Virus record (IMG/VR): IMGVR_UViG_3300014819_000001
Coordinates: 1 to 64,000 of that record
Strand: one strand, 5' to 3'
DNA from: a virus
Lineage: Duplodnaviria; Caudoviricetes
Length of the DNA: 64,000 bases
Position 1 is the first letter of the stretch; each line of letters starts with the position of its first letter. A program made the translations under genes and the position numbers. Shown piece by piece: positions 30,578 to 41,235 of this stretch. The notes under the pieces were generated by a model. That model was not told the DNA's origin, searched no databases, and worked only from the letters and a program-made list of their open reading frames with translations.

Positions 30578-30724
30578 AGATTATAACGGACAGGGTGTTG
30601 CGATATCGCAACGGTCGAGTGCGGCCCGGGTGTTGTTGGAATACAACACGAACAGCAGAATTCAAACCCCAATCCAATACCCACACCGTTTGACAGGTCT
30701 CTTGAATGGCGCTACAATAAGAGC

Positions 30725-31054
30725 ATGGAAAAGACGAAACGCACTGCTCGCAAAGACTCAAACTTCATCATCTATGAAGCCGTTAGCGCCTCGGGTGAAA
30801 ACTATATTGGGCTGACCCGCAAGACGCAGAGCACCGTGCTCAAAAGCCTCAAAGAGCGTTGGAGAAAGCATCTTAGTCGTGCTCGCAACGAAGACAGAGC
30901 GTGGCGTCTCTACGAATATATGAGAGCAGAAGGGCTCGAAGTCACGTGGGAGCATAGGGTTCTTGCTATAGTACGGGGCAGAGCTGAAGCATACGCCCTG
31001 GAGAGAACCGTTGTAAAAGAACAACGGCCCACGTTGAATGACCAGTACTGCTAA
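30725..31054 (+). CDS. GIY-YIG-like nuclease domain protein
   Basis: IIYE...YIGLT...RW.KH...E...LN. Confidence 0.7.
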   Translation: MEKTKRTARKDSNFIIYEAVSASGENYIGLTRKTQSTVLKSLKERWRKHLSRARNEDRAWRLYEYMRAEGLEVTWEHRVLAIVRGRAEAYALERTVVKEQRPTLNDQYC

Positions 31055-31124
31055 AGACCCTACAGATTGACAGGTCTTTAGACCGATGCTACACTATAGA
31101 AACTGAAACACAACGGAGCACGAA

Positions 31125-33403
31125 ATGGCAAGATTGAAAGACGTAATGGTAGAACTACAGAACGAGATCTACCGTGCAGAACTCACGCTGGAGCAGATAG
31201 CAGTCAAGTACCATGTTCCTATGGACTGGGTGGACACGGCCTTTGCTGAGGTGCTGGAGCAGGAGCGTCAGGACTACGACATGGGTGACATTTTCCTCAA
31301 TGAGTTCGTAGAAGAGGACGAATAAGATGGCAAAGGCCTTGTATAAAGATGTTGAATACTTTGTGATCAGCACCCTGGGTGACATGATCGAACTGGCTCC
31401 TACGGCACACGGAGCAGGGTCTTTTATAGTTCATAAGGATTTTATAGATGGAGATCCCGCAATGGCCACACCCCTAACAGACCAGCAGTTCAAAGAATGG
31501 ACTGAGCGGACTTGGCGCCAGTGCCAGGAGCGGGCTTGGCAGGGATAACCCTACAGGTTGACAGGTCTTTGGACTGGTAGTATACTTATGAAACTGGAGC
31601 ACAAAGGAGCCGACAATGTGGAATAAAGAGGGTCATAAAGTTAGAGTCAACTATATGGGGCAAGAACTCGCGGGTATAGTGGTCGAGAGTCGTGTCAAAT
31701 ACGGCGGCAGGGGAGGGCATACCGTAGAACTCGACGAGCCCGTTCTACTCCGTTTCCGTACAGAGCCCGCCAGTAGAGTGCTGGTGGAAGAGCAAGATGT
31801 TGTTGAAGTCATTTGAGGAGCAGACAATGTATTCATGCTTGAGTGTAGCAGGTGGATGGCAGACTATGGTCAAGTCCACTGGCGAATTGATTGGACCCGC
31901 ATTCCATCAGATTGGTGACTTGTGGGTATGGCAACGAGCAAACCTTTATAAGGATTCAGTATGAGATTTTATGACTATACGGCCACCTTGCGGTTCAACA
32001 ACGAATTGACTGTTGAGCAGCCAATCCGTGCCAAAACCCAGGCAGATGCTTACGACATGGCAGTTACCATGTGTGAACTGACGGGTGCTGAATTGGTGTG
32101 CCTTAACAGAGAGGAAGACCAGTATAAGGAGGATCTCCAACTGGAGGCCCTCTATGAAGAACGTTATGATTTGGGGGACTAAGATGCGATATCCGGATTA
32201 TATGACACAGGAAGACATTGAGGCCTTTGAGATGGATATGGCCCGCTTTGACCTGGACCCCAGCGTGCCCTTTGACGACATCAATCGTAGGCTGCGTGAG
32301 TTGGCTTTGGAGCAGTTGGCAGAGCAGGCCCAACTGTTGCAATTTTACAACGACTAGCAAAAACCCTACAGGTTGACAGGTCTTTGGACCGGTGCTATAC
32401 TACGAACATGATGAAACAACAAGGAGCGATAGATGGCTAATATGACCTACTGTATGTGCGAGAATACTGCTAATGATCTCCAGGACGTAGTGAATCGTCT
32501 TGTGGAAGAGGGCACGGATTGGATTGAAGATATGAACGAATTTGAATTGCGCGGCTTGCGTGACATTGTACAGTTGGCCCATGCTATTGTAGAGTTGGCA
32601 GAGAATGGCGTGATTGACCTTCGTCGTTTGGGAGTAGAATGATGGAGGGCACTTGTCCAGTATGTATGGGATCGGGGCGAATGTCTGCGGATGGTAATTA
32701 TCATACTCGCCATCTCGTGGCGGGCTATGATCCAGTGACAGACACTTTTCCCTGTACCAACTGTGGTGGCCAATATATGCACGGTCGTCCTACCGGACGA
32801 GTACGCCTAAACTCCAACGGAGAACCCTGTGTTCATCGTTATCGTAGTCGCTCAGTGGGCCGTTGTTTGACAGAATACACCTGTGACCTATGTGGTGACA
32901 GTTATCAAATTGACAGTGGAGATTAATATGAGTGAAGTGCGACGCAGAGTAGATGTCCTAGTTCGTATGTGGATTGATGCGGACGCAGATGTTACTGAAG
33001 TGATACAAGAGATGGACTATCACTTTGAGCATAGTGCTATTGCGGAAACTGAAATTGTAGATGTAAAGGAGTTCTAAATGACCTACGCAGAATTGTTGAA
33101 AGAATTAGAGAATTTAGACCCTTCACGCTTGTTGGACACGGTGACCCTCTATGACAATACCAGAGACGAGTTCTACGCTGTGAAGGATTTCCAAATCGCT
33201 GTCGGTGATCTTACTGATGTCATCGACGATGGTCACGCCTACTTGGAGTTCTAAATGAGCCAAGCATTGAAAGCTATCGTAGACGGCTATAGCGATTTGT
33301 TGATCCAGGCCTTGGAGATTAAGGTTTCAGATCAACTATTGCACGAAATTTTGCTATCCATTGACAAAACCCATTTAGAAATCGAATCTGGTCTACTCAA
33401 ATA
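31125..33403 (+). other. Run of small, mostly acidic early ORFs (31125, 31327, 31616, 31961, 32184, 32433, 32639, 32928 and others)
   Basis: Co-oriented and tightly packed behind the repeated promoters; 32639 has CxxC pairs. Confidence 0.7.
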
Positions 33404-33415
33404 AGGAATATAGAA

Positions 33416-33925
33416 ATGCCTAACTGGTGCTCAAACAATCTTACCCTTCGCCATAAAGACACTGAGAAACTCAACGCGGCCATAGCGGCCTTTGAGCGTG
33501 GCGGCTTCTTTGAACACTTCGTACCCTTGCCCAACGGCAAATGGGACTATGGTTTCTGTTGCGAACAATGGGGTACAAAATGGGACGCTGGCGGAGAGAA
33601 CAGTGTAGTCTCTGCCCTTGGAGATAACGCCTACGGTTTCAACTTTGACACTGCGTGGAGCCCACCCATTGAAGTATATCGTGTGATGTGCGCTCAGGGC
33701 TTTGAACTGGAGGCTACTTATTACGAACCTGGCATGGCCTTTGTGGGTCGGGTAGTGGGCAATGAAGATGAGTTTGATGACGACTTCTATGAATATGGCG
33801 GTGAAACCTCAGACACGGTAAGGGATCTTATTGGCCCTGAACTGGACGACGAGTACGGTATCAGCGAACAGATGGCAGAATGGGAAGAGGAACATAGAGC
33901 AGAGGAAGAAGACGTTGACAAGTAA
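33416..33925 (+). CDS. DUF1281/YubB-like ferredoxin-fold protein
   Basis: MPNWCSN, WGTKWD, FDTAWSPP, YYEPG..F.G. Confidence 0.75.
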   Translation: MPNWCSNNLTLRHKDTEKLNAAIAAFERGGFFEHFVPLPNGKWDYGFCCEQWGTKWDAGGENSVVSALGDNAYGFNFDTAWSPPIEVYRVMCAQGFELEATYYEPGMAFVGRVVGNEDEFDDDFYEYGGETSDTVRDLIGPELDDEYGISEQMAEWEEEHRAEEEDVDK

Positions 33926-34179
33926 GGTAAACGAAGCCTTACAATGGAGCGGGGCCTTGTTCATAGGGGCGGGCCACGTTCTGAACACGTTGGGTAGCCA
34001 ATATCATCATGATGTTTATAACATTATAGCCTTTGCCGTAGGCACCTTGTTTTTCCTTGCTTGGTCCATGCGTGTTGCGAATCGGCCACAGATGGCAACT
34101 AACGTGCTGGCATTGGCCACAATGGCAGTAGGGTTATTTAAGGGCCTGATTTGACAGAGCCGCAGAACGGTGCTAGACT

Positions 34180-35867
34180 GTGAACATGATGAATAAGGAA
34201 CAAAGAATGATCTACGCTTTTGAAATTGAAACTCTATCCAAGTTGGACACGGCGGCTGTGGAGTCAGCCCTTCGTCGAAACTATCCCCAAGACCGTCTAA
34301 CCTCGAGCAAATTCGTAGGCATTACGGATGATGGGCAGTTTGCCTATCGTTGTAAATATCGGGAAGATGGCGAGGAGTCACAGGTAGCAGTGTATGTTTT
34401 TCGCAACAACCTTGGTGACATTGTAGCAGACTACTAAAGACCCTTGAGTTGACTAGGCTATTGAATGGTGCTATACTTATGAAACTGAAGCACAAAGGAG
34501 CAACTATGAACGTAGAACAGGGCTTTCTCATCGCAGAAACTGTAGAGGTACTCCCCCGCCTGAACAAAAGGGATCACATCTTTGCCGCACAGATGGTCAA
34601 ATTCTATGACGAGTTTGGCAAACTGAGTGCTCGTCAGGAGGCTGTACTGCGGGAGATCCTACTCCGTGCCCCTACTCAATGGATTGACAACGACGACTGC
34701 TACCGTCCCGAAGCAGAAAGCGCCTACAGGTGAAGCCTATGAACTCATATACACTCTCATGGCAGTTCCGCAATGAACACGAGTGGAGTAAGACCTTTGA
34801 CACAGATGACCAACGTTGGGATTTTACTTATCGCTGTGGATTGCAGACTCACCCAGACATTGTGCGAATTATTAGGACAGATCCCGACGGATCCCAACAA
34901 ATTCTAAAGGATGTGAAGGACTAATGGAATACCTTAAACAAGCAGAACTGTATGCAGAGGCCAGAGGTGACGAGTTCTACTTCAAAAACCTCTATACCCA
35001 ATTCAGAGAATTCAACGACGTTATAGATAGTGTATGGAAGACACTGAGCTATCTATACTCAAATGAAGTGGCGGATATGCTCACTTGCTGGAGTCACAGT
35101 GAAGATTATTAGACCTAAAACGCTATATTATGTAGCATTGAACAAGCCCCATACCTTCCCGGACGGTGGATGGAGCAACTACATCTCCACGCCCAGTCTG
35201 GGTCGTGCTCGCTACCTGGCTCGGAGACTGAAACGAGCAGTGAGACAGATTGATGTGCGGGTACGGGGCCAGCGTGGATCCTACGTTCTCCCTGGAAGTT
35301 GGCTCTAGCAAGAAAACAACAATAACCCTATAGGTTGACAGGTCTTTTGAACGAACATATAATACGACTATGATGACAACAAGGAGTGCAAGATGGGCTA
35401 CAAGGTATTGGGCAAGACAGAAGATCTTCTTAAGGGCTATGAGCCGCGCCAGGGTTTGGAGGGACCTTTCAACTTCAACGGGCGAGTACTCTACTACGAC
35501 CCACGGGCGGGAAAATACTACGACCCACGTACAGACTTCTACCTCTCCTATAACGAATGGTTTGAAATAGCGGGGCTGAAATGAAAGACTTGATTGTATT
35601 GATTGGCATTATGACGGCCGCGCTGGCTACGGCCATACTGTTACAACAGGGAGTTATCTAATGGTTAAGATAGAAGGACTCACAAAGAACCAAAAGATTA
35701 TAGCAGAATTCATGTGGAATCGGTGTGATACCCAGCGTGACGTAGAAGCCGTGCTAGAACTTTATGGACGGGACGCTCGTACTGTCTACGAACTGCTGAC
35801 TGCTACGGCCTTGGATCAATATATGGAAGTGGACGAGGCCCGTGTTATTTTACAACGGTTCCAATAA
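34180..35867 (+). other. Run of small early ORFs (34180, 34506, 34730, 34924, 35393, 35581, 35661 and others)
   Basis: Co-oriented short ORFs with RBSs behind the repeated promoters. Confidence 0.65.
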
Positions 35868-36363
35868 CCCTAGAGGTTGACAGGTCTCTTGAGCGATGCT
35901 ACACTATAGGGACTGAAACAAAGGAGCACGAATGTATAGCAGACTTTTCAATGAACTAGCAGTAGGACGCTTGTTCCGTTATAACGGCAACGACTACGTG
36001 AAACAATCCTCTCGTACTGCTCGTCGGCTGGCCAATGGCAGAGTCATCTACTTTGGTCAGAACGAGACAATCCACCCCATTGCCTACTAGGCAACGTCCT
36101 TGGACGCCGGGACAACATTCTCAATAAGATAGAAGGTATGGTGACTCAAGTGTATAGATATAAACTTTGGATCCGACTCGACGACTTCAACACCATTGAC
36201 GCTTATGTCCATGCTGACACAGACTGGGCGGCGATCCAACTGGGAGAAGCACAATACGGTAAAGGCAATGTACTGAACTGGCGTAGAGACTAGAAAGACC
36301 CAAGGACTTGACAGGTCTAGGGAATGAACCTATACTTATTGAACTGAAACAAAGGAGCATGAA

Positions 36364-36744
36364 ATGGGAACGAGATCATTAACCTATGTCTATGAGGGCC
36401 GACACCCCGTAGTATGTCTCTATCGTCAATACGATGGCTACCCCTCTGGGCACGGAGCAGAACTTGCTGAATTCTTAATGGGCTATGACATCGTCAACGG
36501 CTTTGGAGAAAAGCGAGCAAAATTGGCCAACGGTATGGGCTGTTTGGCTGCTCAAATGGTAGCTCACTTCAAAACTGAAACGGGCAATTTCTATCTTCAT
36601 GCCCCCATACTAAAGAGAGACGATGGACAAGACTTTGAGTATCATGTCTACGACGAGGAGGTTATTATAATGGACTATAAGGGTGACCCCATGTTCAAAG
36701 GCACCCACGCTGAGTTCGCTGACTACTGCAAGGAACGGGCATAA
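36364..36744 (+). CDS. Hypothetical phage early protein
   Basis: MGTRS...YRQYDGYP..HG; has its own promoter and RBS. Confidence 0.75.
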   Translation: MGTRSLTYVYEGRHPVVCLYRQYDGYPSGHGAELAEFLMGYDIVNGFGEKRAKLANGMGCLAAQMVAHFKTETGNFYLHAPILKRDDGQDFEYHVYDEEVIIMDYKGDPMFKGTHAEFADYCKERA

Positions 36745-36938
36745 TGGACGTGGTGAAATATAAGGGCACATTCTACTATCTCAAGGACGGCTGGATGCCC
36801 ACAGAACTGGACGCAACGAACTATCTGGATGCGGAGATTGAAGCAGATAGTAAATACGGTGCGAAAACTCTAGTTGAACTGCTTGACAACGAAGACGAAT
36901 CACTGTAATATTAAGCCTTAACGCTGAGGAGCGACGTT

Positions 36939-37802
36939 ATGCCTAAGATGATTGATGTTATGAACTTGACCCCTAATACTATTGAAATGACTGCTAAGAA
37001 CCCAACGAAACCCCGCGAGACTGACGAAGAAATCATCGAACGACTGCGCGAACGCTTCAACATCTTAGACGATATGACTCGTGCTGTGAAGAAGGGTGAC
37101 GTACGGGCTATGATTGTCTCTGGTCCCCCGGGTGTGGGAAAAAGCTATGGAGTTGAAAAGGTACTGAGCAGACATGACGTGTTCGCAGACGTGGCACAGG
37201 ACCAAAAACTGAAGAAGTACGAAGTGGTCAAAGGCGCAATGAGTGCCATTGGACTGTATAAGAAACTCTACGAGTTCTCTGCGAAGAAGAACATACTAGT
37301 TTTCGACGACTGCGACAGCGTACTGTTAGACGACTTGAGCCTTAACATACTGAAAGCGGCACTGGACAGCTCTGCGAAACGTACTATACACTGGAACACG
37401 GATAGTCGTAGTCTGCACAGCGAAGGAGTACCCAATAAGTTCGAATTCAAAGGTGGCGCTATCTTCATCACCAACATTAAGTTTGAGAACGTAAAGAGCA
37501 AGAAACTGCGTGACCACTTAGAAGCACTGGAGAGTCGTTGTCACTACTTGGATCTTACTATAGATACCGATCGTGAGAAACTGCTACGAATCCGTCAAGT
37601 TACAAAGGATCATAACCTCTTTGAGACTAATGGCTTCGAGTTCGCAGACTATGAGAAGGAAGAAGTCATTGACTTTATTGACACCAACAAGCATATGATG
37701 CGTGAACTGAGCTTACGAATGGTCATTAAGGTAGCGGCACTGAAGGCCTCTATGCCCAACTGGAAGAAAGTAGCACAATTGACTTGCATGAAAAGAGTAT
37801 AA
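36939..37802 (+). CDS. AAA+ ATPase
   Basis: Walker A GPPGVGKS, Walker B LVFDDCD, sensor IFITN, ALESR. Confidence 0.9.
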   Translation: MPKMIDVMNLTPNTIEMTAKNPTKPRETDEEIIERLRERFNILDDMTRAVKKGDVRAMIVSGPPGVGKSYGVEKVLSRHDVFADVAQDQKLKKYEVVKGAMSAIGLYKKLYEFSAKKNILVFDDCDSVLLDDLSLNILKAALDSSAKRTIHWNTDSRSLHSEGVPNKFEFKGGAIFITNIKFENVKSKKLRDHLEALESRCHYLDLTIDTDREKLLRIRQVTKDHNLFETNGFEFADYEKEEVIDFIDTNKHMMRELSLRMVIKVAALKASMPNWKKVAQLTCMKRV

Positions 37803-37813
37803 CACAAGCCCGT

Positions 37814-37873
37814 AAAAACCTGATTCGCTCCCAGGTTTTTGATCCCCCGCTTCGCTCCCGGGGGATTTTTTTT
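37814..37873 (+). terminator. Tandem double-hairpin terminator with matching TTCGCTCC loops
   Basis: AAAAACCTG/CAGGTTTTT and ATCCCCCG/CGGGGGAT stems followed by a T run. Confidence 0.85.
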
Positions 37874-38036
37874 GACTATGAACATAGAACATTATAGGAA
37901 CTTAGAGCAAGAGAGATGGATTGGACTACACAGAGTAACCATTTGAGCATAGTGGCCCGAAACCTCCCTTAACACTTTTCTACTACCCTAGCCGCATGGA
38001 GCAAGGACAGTCTTATGAAGTATAACGCTGATTTTG

Positions 38037-38066
38037 TCACACTTTTTCACACTTTTTCACACTTTT
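38037..38066 (+). repeat. Three tandem copies of TCACACTTTT
   Basis: Exact 10-bp period. Confidence 0.85.
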
Positions 38067-39021
38067 CTACACCGTTTAGGAGCCTAAGGACCCTGTGCCT
38101 GAGGGCTGGGCTAGGCGAGTGCGGCCGTTGTACTCTAGCAACACCTTGTAGTAGACTTACAACACAGGGTAAAGACCCTACAAGTTGACAGGTTTTTGGA
38201 ATGGACATATAATATCTACATACTGTAAACAAAGGAGCAACGAAATGGGAATGTGGACTACGCCAAACCAGGACTCGCTGAACATTGTACTAAAGAAGTT
38301 CAGTGAGGCCGCACACCAAAGATATCATCACAGTCATGCCTTCGAAGCAGGCTACTTGCAGAGTGTTCTCATATACTATATGCAGCATCTTCCCGCAAGA
38401 AAGCAGAAGCAGTTGATTGCAGACATGGTGGAGGCCACTCGCCGGCAGGAGCAGGCTCTCATGGAGCGTAGGGCCGCTGAGCAGAGTGGATTCTTCGTAG
38501 AACAGGTAAAAAGACCCTGCGATTGACAGGGGTATTGATTGGTAGTATAATATGGTTATGCTGTTAAACAAAGGAGCTGACAATGGACAAGGAACTGTTT
38601 AAGAGAGATCCCAGAGACTTTGCCTTAAGTCTTGTAGAAGATGGCTTGGTAGATCCCATGCTCATGCTCAGTGAGGCACTGAACTGGCTGAGCACGGATG
38701 AGGTGCGTGACATGTTAGATGCCAACGAACTGAGCCCACGCTTTGCCTACGATGAGGAGGATCTAGATGATGAGTAAGGCCATGGCTTGGACAGCGACTA
38801 CGATCAGTAATGGTCTAGCTGTGCGTGTGTGTACACATACACACGAACACATATACATGCCCACCAGTGCGGCTGTTGTGAATGGGCAACGATTAACGGC
38901 TAAACAATTAGCCAAATTCAATAAGGCAAGGCTTGACAAGTTCTGTGTTCGATAGTACAATATGACTATGCTAAAAGATTAGCATTAATACTAACAGAGT
39001 TAAATACGAAAGGCAAATAAG

Positions 39022-39405
39022 ATGGCAACCAGTAAATTATTCACAGTAGCAGGTATCAGCAAGAGAGAAGGCGAGTACAAGGTACGTTTCGCCAATGATG
39101 TCATGCGTGTCAAAGTACTAATGAAGGGTGGACACGAGGATGTTCGTCTAGTAGAGTTGGATCAGCCCAGTACCAAGCTTGAGGCTGTGAAAGTATTACG
39201 TACAATGGCCGAGTTCAGTGATGTCATTGCACAGGCTACCTTTGCAGACTTCATTGACTCAAATACTCCTAAGGCTAAGACGGAGAAGGCACCTAAGGCT
39301 GTGAAGCCTGAGAGCTCACCCAAGGCTACTAAGGCACCAGCAGAGAAGAAGAGTGCGAAGAGCACGTACGATGAGGTAAAAGACATGGAGGATGCTCCGT
39401 ACTAA
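39022..39405 (+). CDS. Hypothetical protein with Lys/Ala/Pro-rich tail
   Basis: FTVAGIS...KVRFAND..R.K.L.K.GH.D; histone-like tail. Confidence 0.75.
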   Translation: MATSKLFTVAGISKREGEYKVRFANDVMRVKVLMKGGHEDVRLVELDQPSTKLEAVKVLRTMAEFSDVIAQATFADFIDSNTPKAKTEKAPKAVKPESSPKATKAPAEKKSAKSTYDEVKDMEDAPY

Positions 39406-39595
39406 TGAGTTGGGAATTGTATGAAGTCATGGCCACAGACGATCGTGGCCATCAAAGTCTGTATTATGCTACAAAGAGTCTTAAAGAAGCAAGACAAATG
39501 GCACTACAGGCCTTGAAGGAAGGACATGTTTACGCCGAAGTCAATAGGGAAACCGAGGATGGAGACAGTGAGCAGGTCTATGCTTGCGGTACAAG

Positions 39596-39669
<74 letters not shown>

Positions 39670-39674
<5 letters not shown>

Positions 39675-39808
39675 TATTCTAGCACATTCAACACTGCGGC
39701 GTTCTGTCCATCCCTGATTCGAATCGGGATATCGCCAAGCATTTCAAGCCCCGGTCGCTCCGGTCTGGTGCCTAAAAAAGAGATGGAAGAGTGTGCTAGA
39801 ATATGGTG
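39670..39808. ncRNA. Candidate structured RNA bounded by a perfect 17-bp inverted repeat
   Basis: CACCATATTCTAGCACA (39670-39686) and TGTGCTAGAATATGGTG (39792-39808), with internal hairpins. Confidence 0.5.
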
Positions 39809-39821
39809 TCGGTAACATTCT

Positions 39822-39850
39822 ATTATAATACCAATAACAGGCCCTGTCAA
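39822..39850 (-). promoter_or_regulatory. Minus-strand consensus sigma-70 promoter aimed at the inverted-repeat element and tRNA
   Basis: TTGACA (39850-39845)-17-TATAAT (39827-39822). Confidence 0.8.
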
Positions 39851-39994
39851 GCAGAACCATACAGGGATCCTGGGTATAGGTTGTAGATCGACAACATTAT
39901 AGGTAGTATAACGGTGGCCTAGAATACCCACACAGGTTGACAGGGTATTAGAACCCCTGTATAATGCTTGTATAGTAAACAACAAGGAGCTGAG

Positions 39995-40282
39995 ATGTTG
40001 GCAACGACTAAAATTGTGCGTCTGTTTGCACGTTTCATTAACATGAAGAGTTTTGGCTATGCTGGCTCTTTTACAGACAAGTGCAAGCAGGACCACAGCT
40101 TGCGACATGTGGCGTTTAGGCTTTATAGCCGAGCAGAAGCAGACAAGTTGGCTAAAGAACTTGAGACTATGCTTTTTTTAGCAGGCTACACCAACAAGGT
40201 GAAACGTACCTCTTGTGACTGCGACGTGCAATTGCGAGTTGGCGGTGGAGAGTATGTGCGAGTAAAGGCACTATTAGGCTAA
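39995..40282 (+). CDS. Hypothetical early protein
   Basis: Follows the promoter at 39937 and an AAGGAGC RBS. Confidence 0.7.
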   Translation: MLATTKIVRLFARFINMKSFGYAGSFTDKCKQDHSLRHVAFRLYSRAEADKLAKELETMLFLAGYTNKVKRTSCDCDVQLRVGGGEYVRVKALLG

Positions 40283-40292
40283 GGATTATAAC

Positions 40293-40619
40293 ATGCTAAA
40301 GAATATGACTATGACACACTTTGCAGAGGGCTGTGTAGAGCACAGCTTCACTGTTATAGATTCTGCGACTTGCGATGGCTCAAGTCTGTGGATGAACAGT
40401 AAAGGTATGAAGTTCAATGTAGATGCTATAACGATCAGGCATCTTGCCCTAGCAGACAGGATTGTAACAGAAGTCCTAGTGGCACACGATGGTCCCTGGG
40501 AAGTCTACACTGACAGGGGCTTTGAACAAGATGTCAGCAGGATCGTAGGCTTCCCAGTGAAGTTCACAGAACAAGGCATGCAGGAACTGGGCATAGCCAG
40601 CCTGGAACCCGCTAAATAG
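40293..40619 (+). CDS. Hypothetical early protein
   Basis: YTD.GFE...FTEQGMQ. Confidence 0.7.
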   Translation: MLKNMTMTHFAEGCVEHSFTVIDSATCDGSSLWMNSKGMKFNVDAITIRHLALADRIVTEVLVAHDGPWEVYTDRGFEQDVSRIVGFPVKFTEQGMQELGIASLEPAK

Positions 40620-40625
40620 ACACAG

Positions 40626-40652
40626 GCCCGTATGGTGGAATAGGTAGACACA
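40626..40652 (+). pseudogene. 5' remnant of a disrupted tRNA-Leu
   Basis: GCCCGTATGGTGGAATAGGTAGACACA = acceptor 5' strand plus Leu-type D arm. Confidence 0.85.
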
Positions 40653-40704
40653 AATCATGTTGGTTCTCCGTGTTTATTATAAATAAATGTAGAAGGGGAT
40701 CAAT

Positions 40705-41142
40705 ATGAATTATTTAGATAAACCAAAAGAAGAAAGAAAACAACATTTAAGATTAAACACTCCTTGTAAAGAGCGTGGTGGATACTCAACAATGTTCCGT
40801 GGATTGCTAGCAGACTTTTTAGGCACTGATATTTTTATAGAAAAGAAAATAGTACTATGTCATGCTTGTCACAATGCAAAATGTTCTAATCCCGAGCACC
40901 TTTATTGGGGGTCCTACAAAGAGAATATAGATGATCAAATCGCTAATGGAACTTGGAAAAGTGCATGGGATCGCTCAGTAGATAAGTATGGTTACGAAGA
41001 GGCTTGTCGTAGGAATTCAAGAGGCAACAAGGCATCAGGAGGAAAGGCTAATAAAGGTAAACCTAAATCAGAAGAACATAAAAGGAAGATTGCAGAAGCG
41101 ATAAAGAGTAAGTATAATAGAAGTCATGCTCCGATGGCGTAA
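40705..41142 (+). CDS. HNH homing endonuclease with NUMOD3 motif
   Basis: LCHACHNAKCSNPEHLYWG...EN..D; KGKPKSEEHKRKIAEAIK; TATAAATA at 40678. Confidence 0.85.
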   Translation: MNYLDKPKEERKQHLRLNTPCKERGGYSTMFRGLLADFLGTDIFIEKKIVLCHACHNAKCSNPEHLYWGSYKENIDDQIANGTWKSAWDRSVDKYGYEEACRRNSRGNKASGGKANKGKPKSEEHKRKIAEAIKSKYNRSHAPMA

Positions 41143-41212
41143 TAGGTAGCCGCAGTGGACTTAAAATCCACTTCTTTCGGGAGTCCCGGTTCGAGTCCGG
41201 GTCGGAGCACCA
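41128..41212 (+). tRNA. tRNA-Leu(TAA)
   Basis: GCTCCGA/TCGGAGC stem, GTGGA-CTTAAAA-TCCAC anticodon arm, long variable arm, GGTTCGAGTCC, ACCA. Confidence 0.92.
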
Positions 41213-41216
41213 AAAG

Positions 41217-41234
41217 GTCCGGCTACGGGCACCA
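41217..41234 (+). pseudogene. 3' remnant of the disrupted tRNA-Leu
   Basis: GTCCGGC-TACGGGC-ACCA; TACGGGC pairs exactly with GCCCGTA at 40626. Confidence 0.85.
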
Positions 41235-41235
41235 A

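Noticed and set aside
40653-41216. Group I intron splitting tRNA-Leu
   Set aside because: Joining the flanks gives no anticodon or variable arm, the insert is almost fully occupied by the ORF and a complete tRNA, and I saw no intron core.
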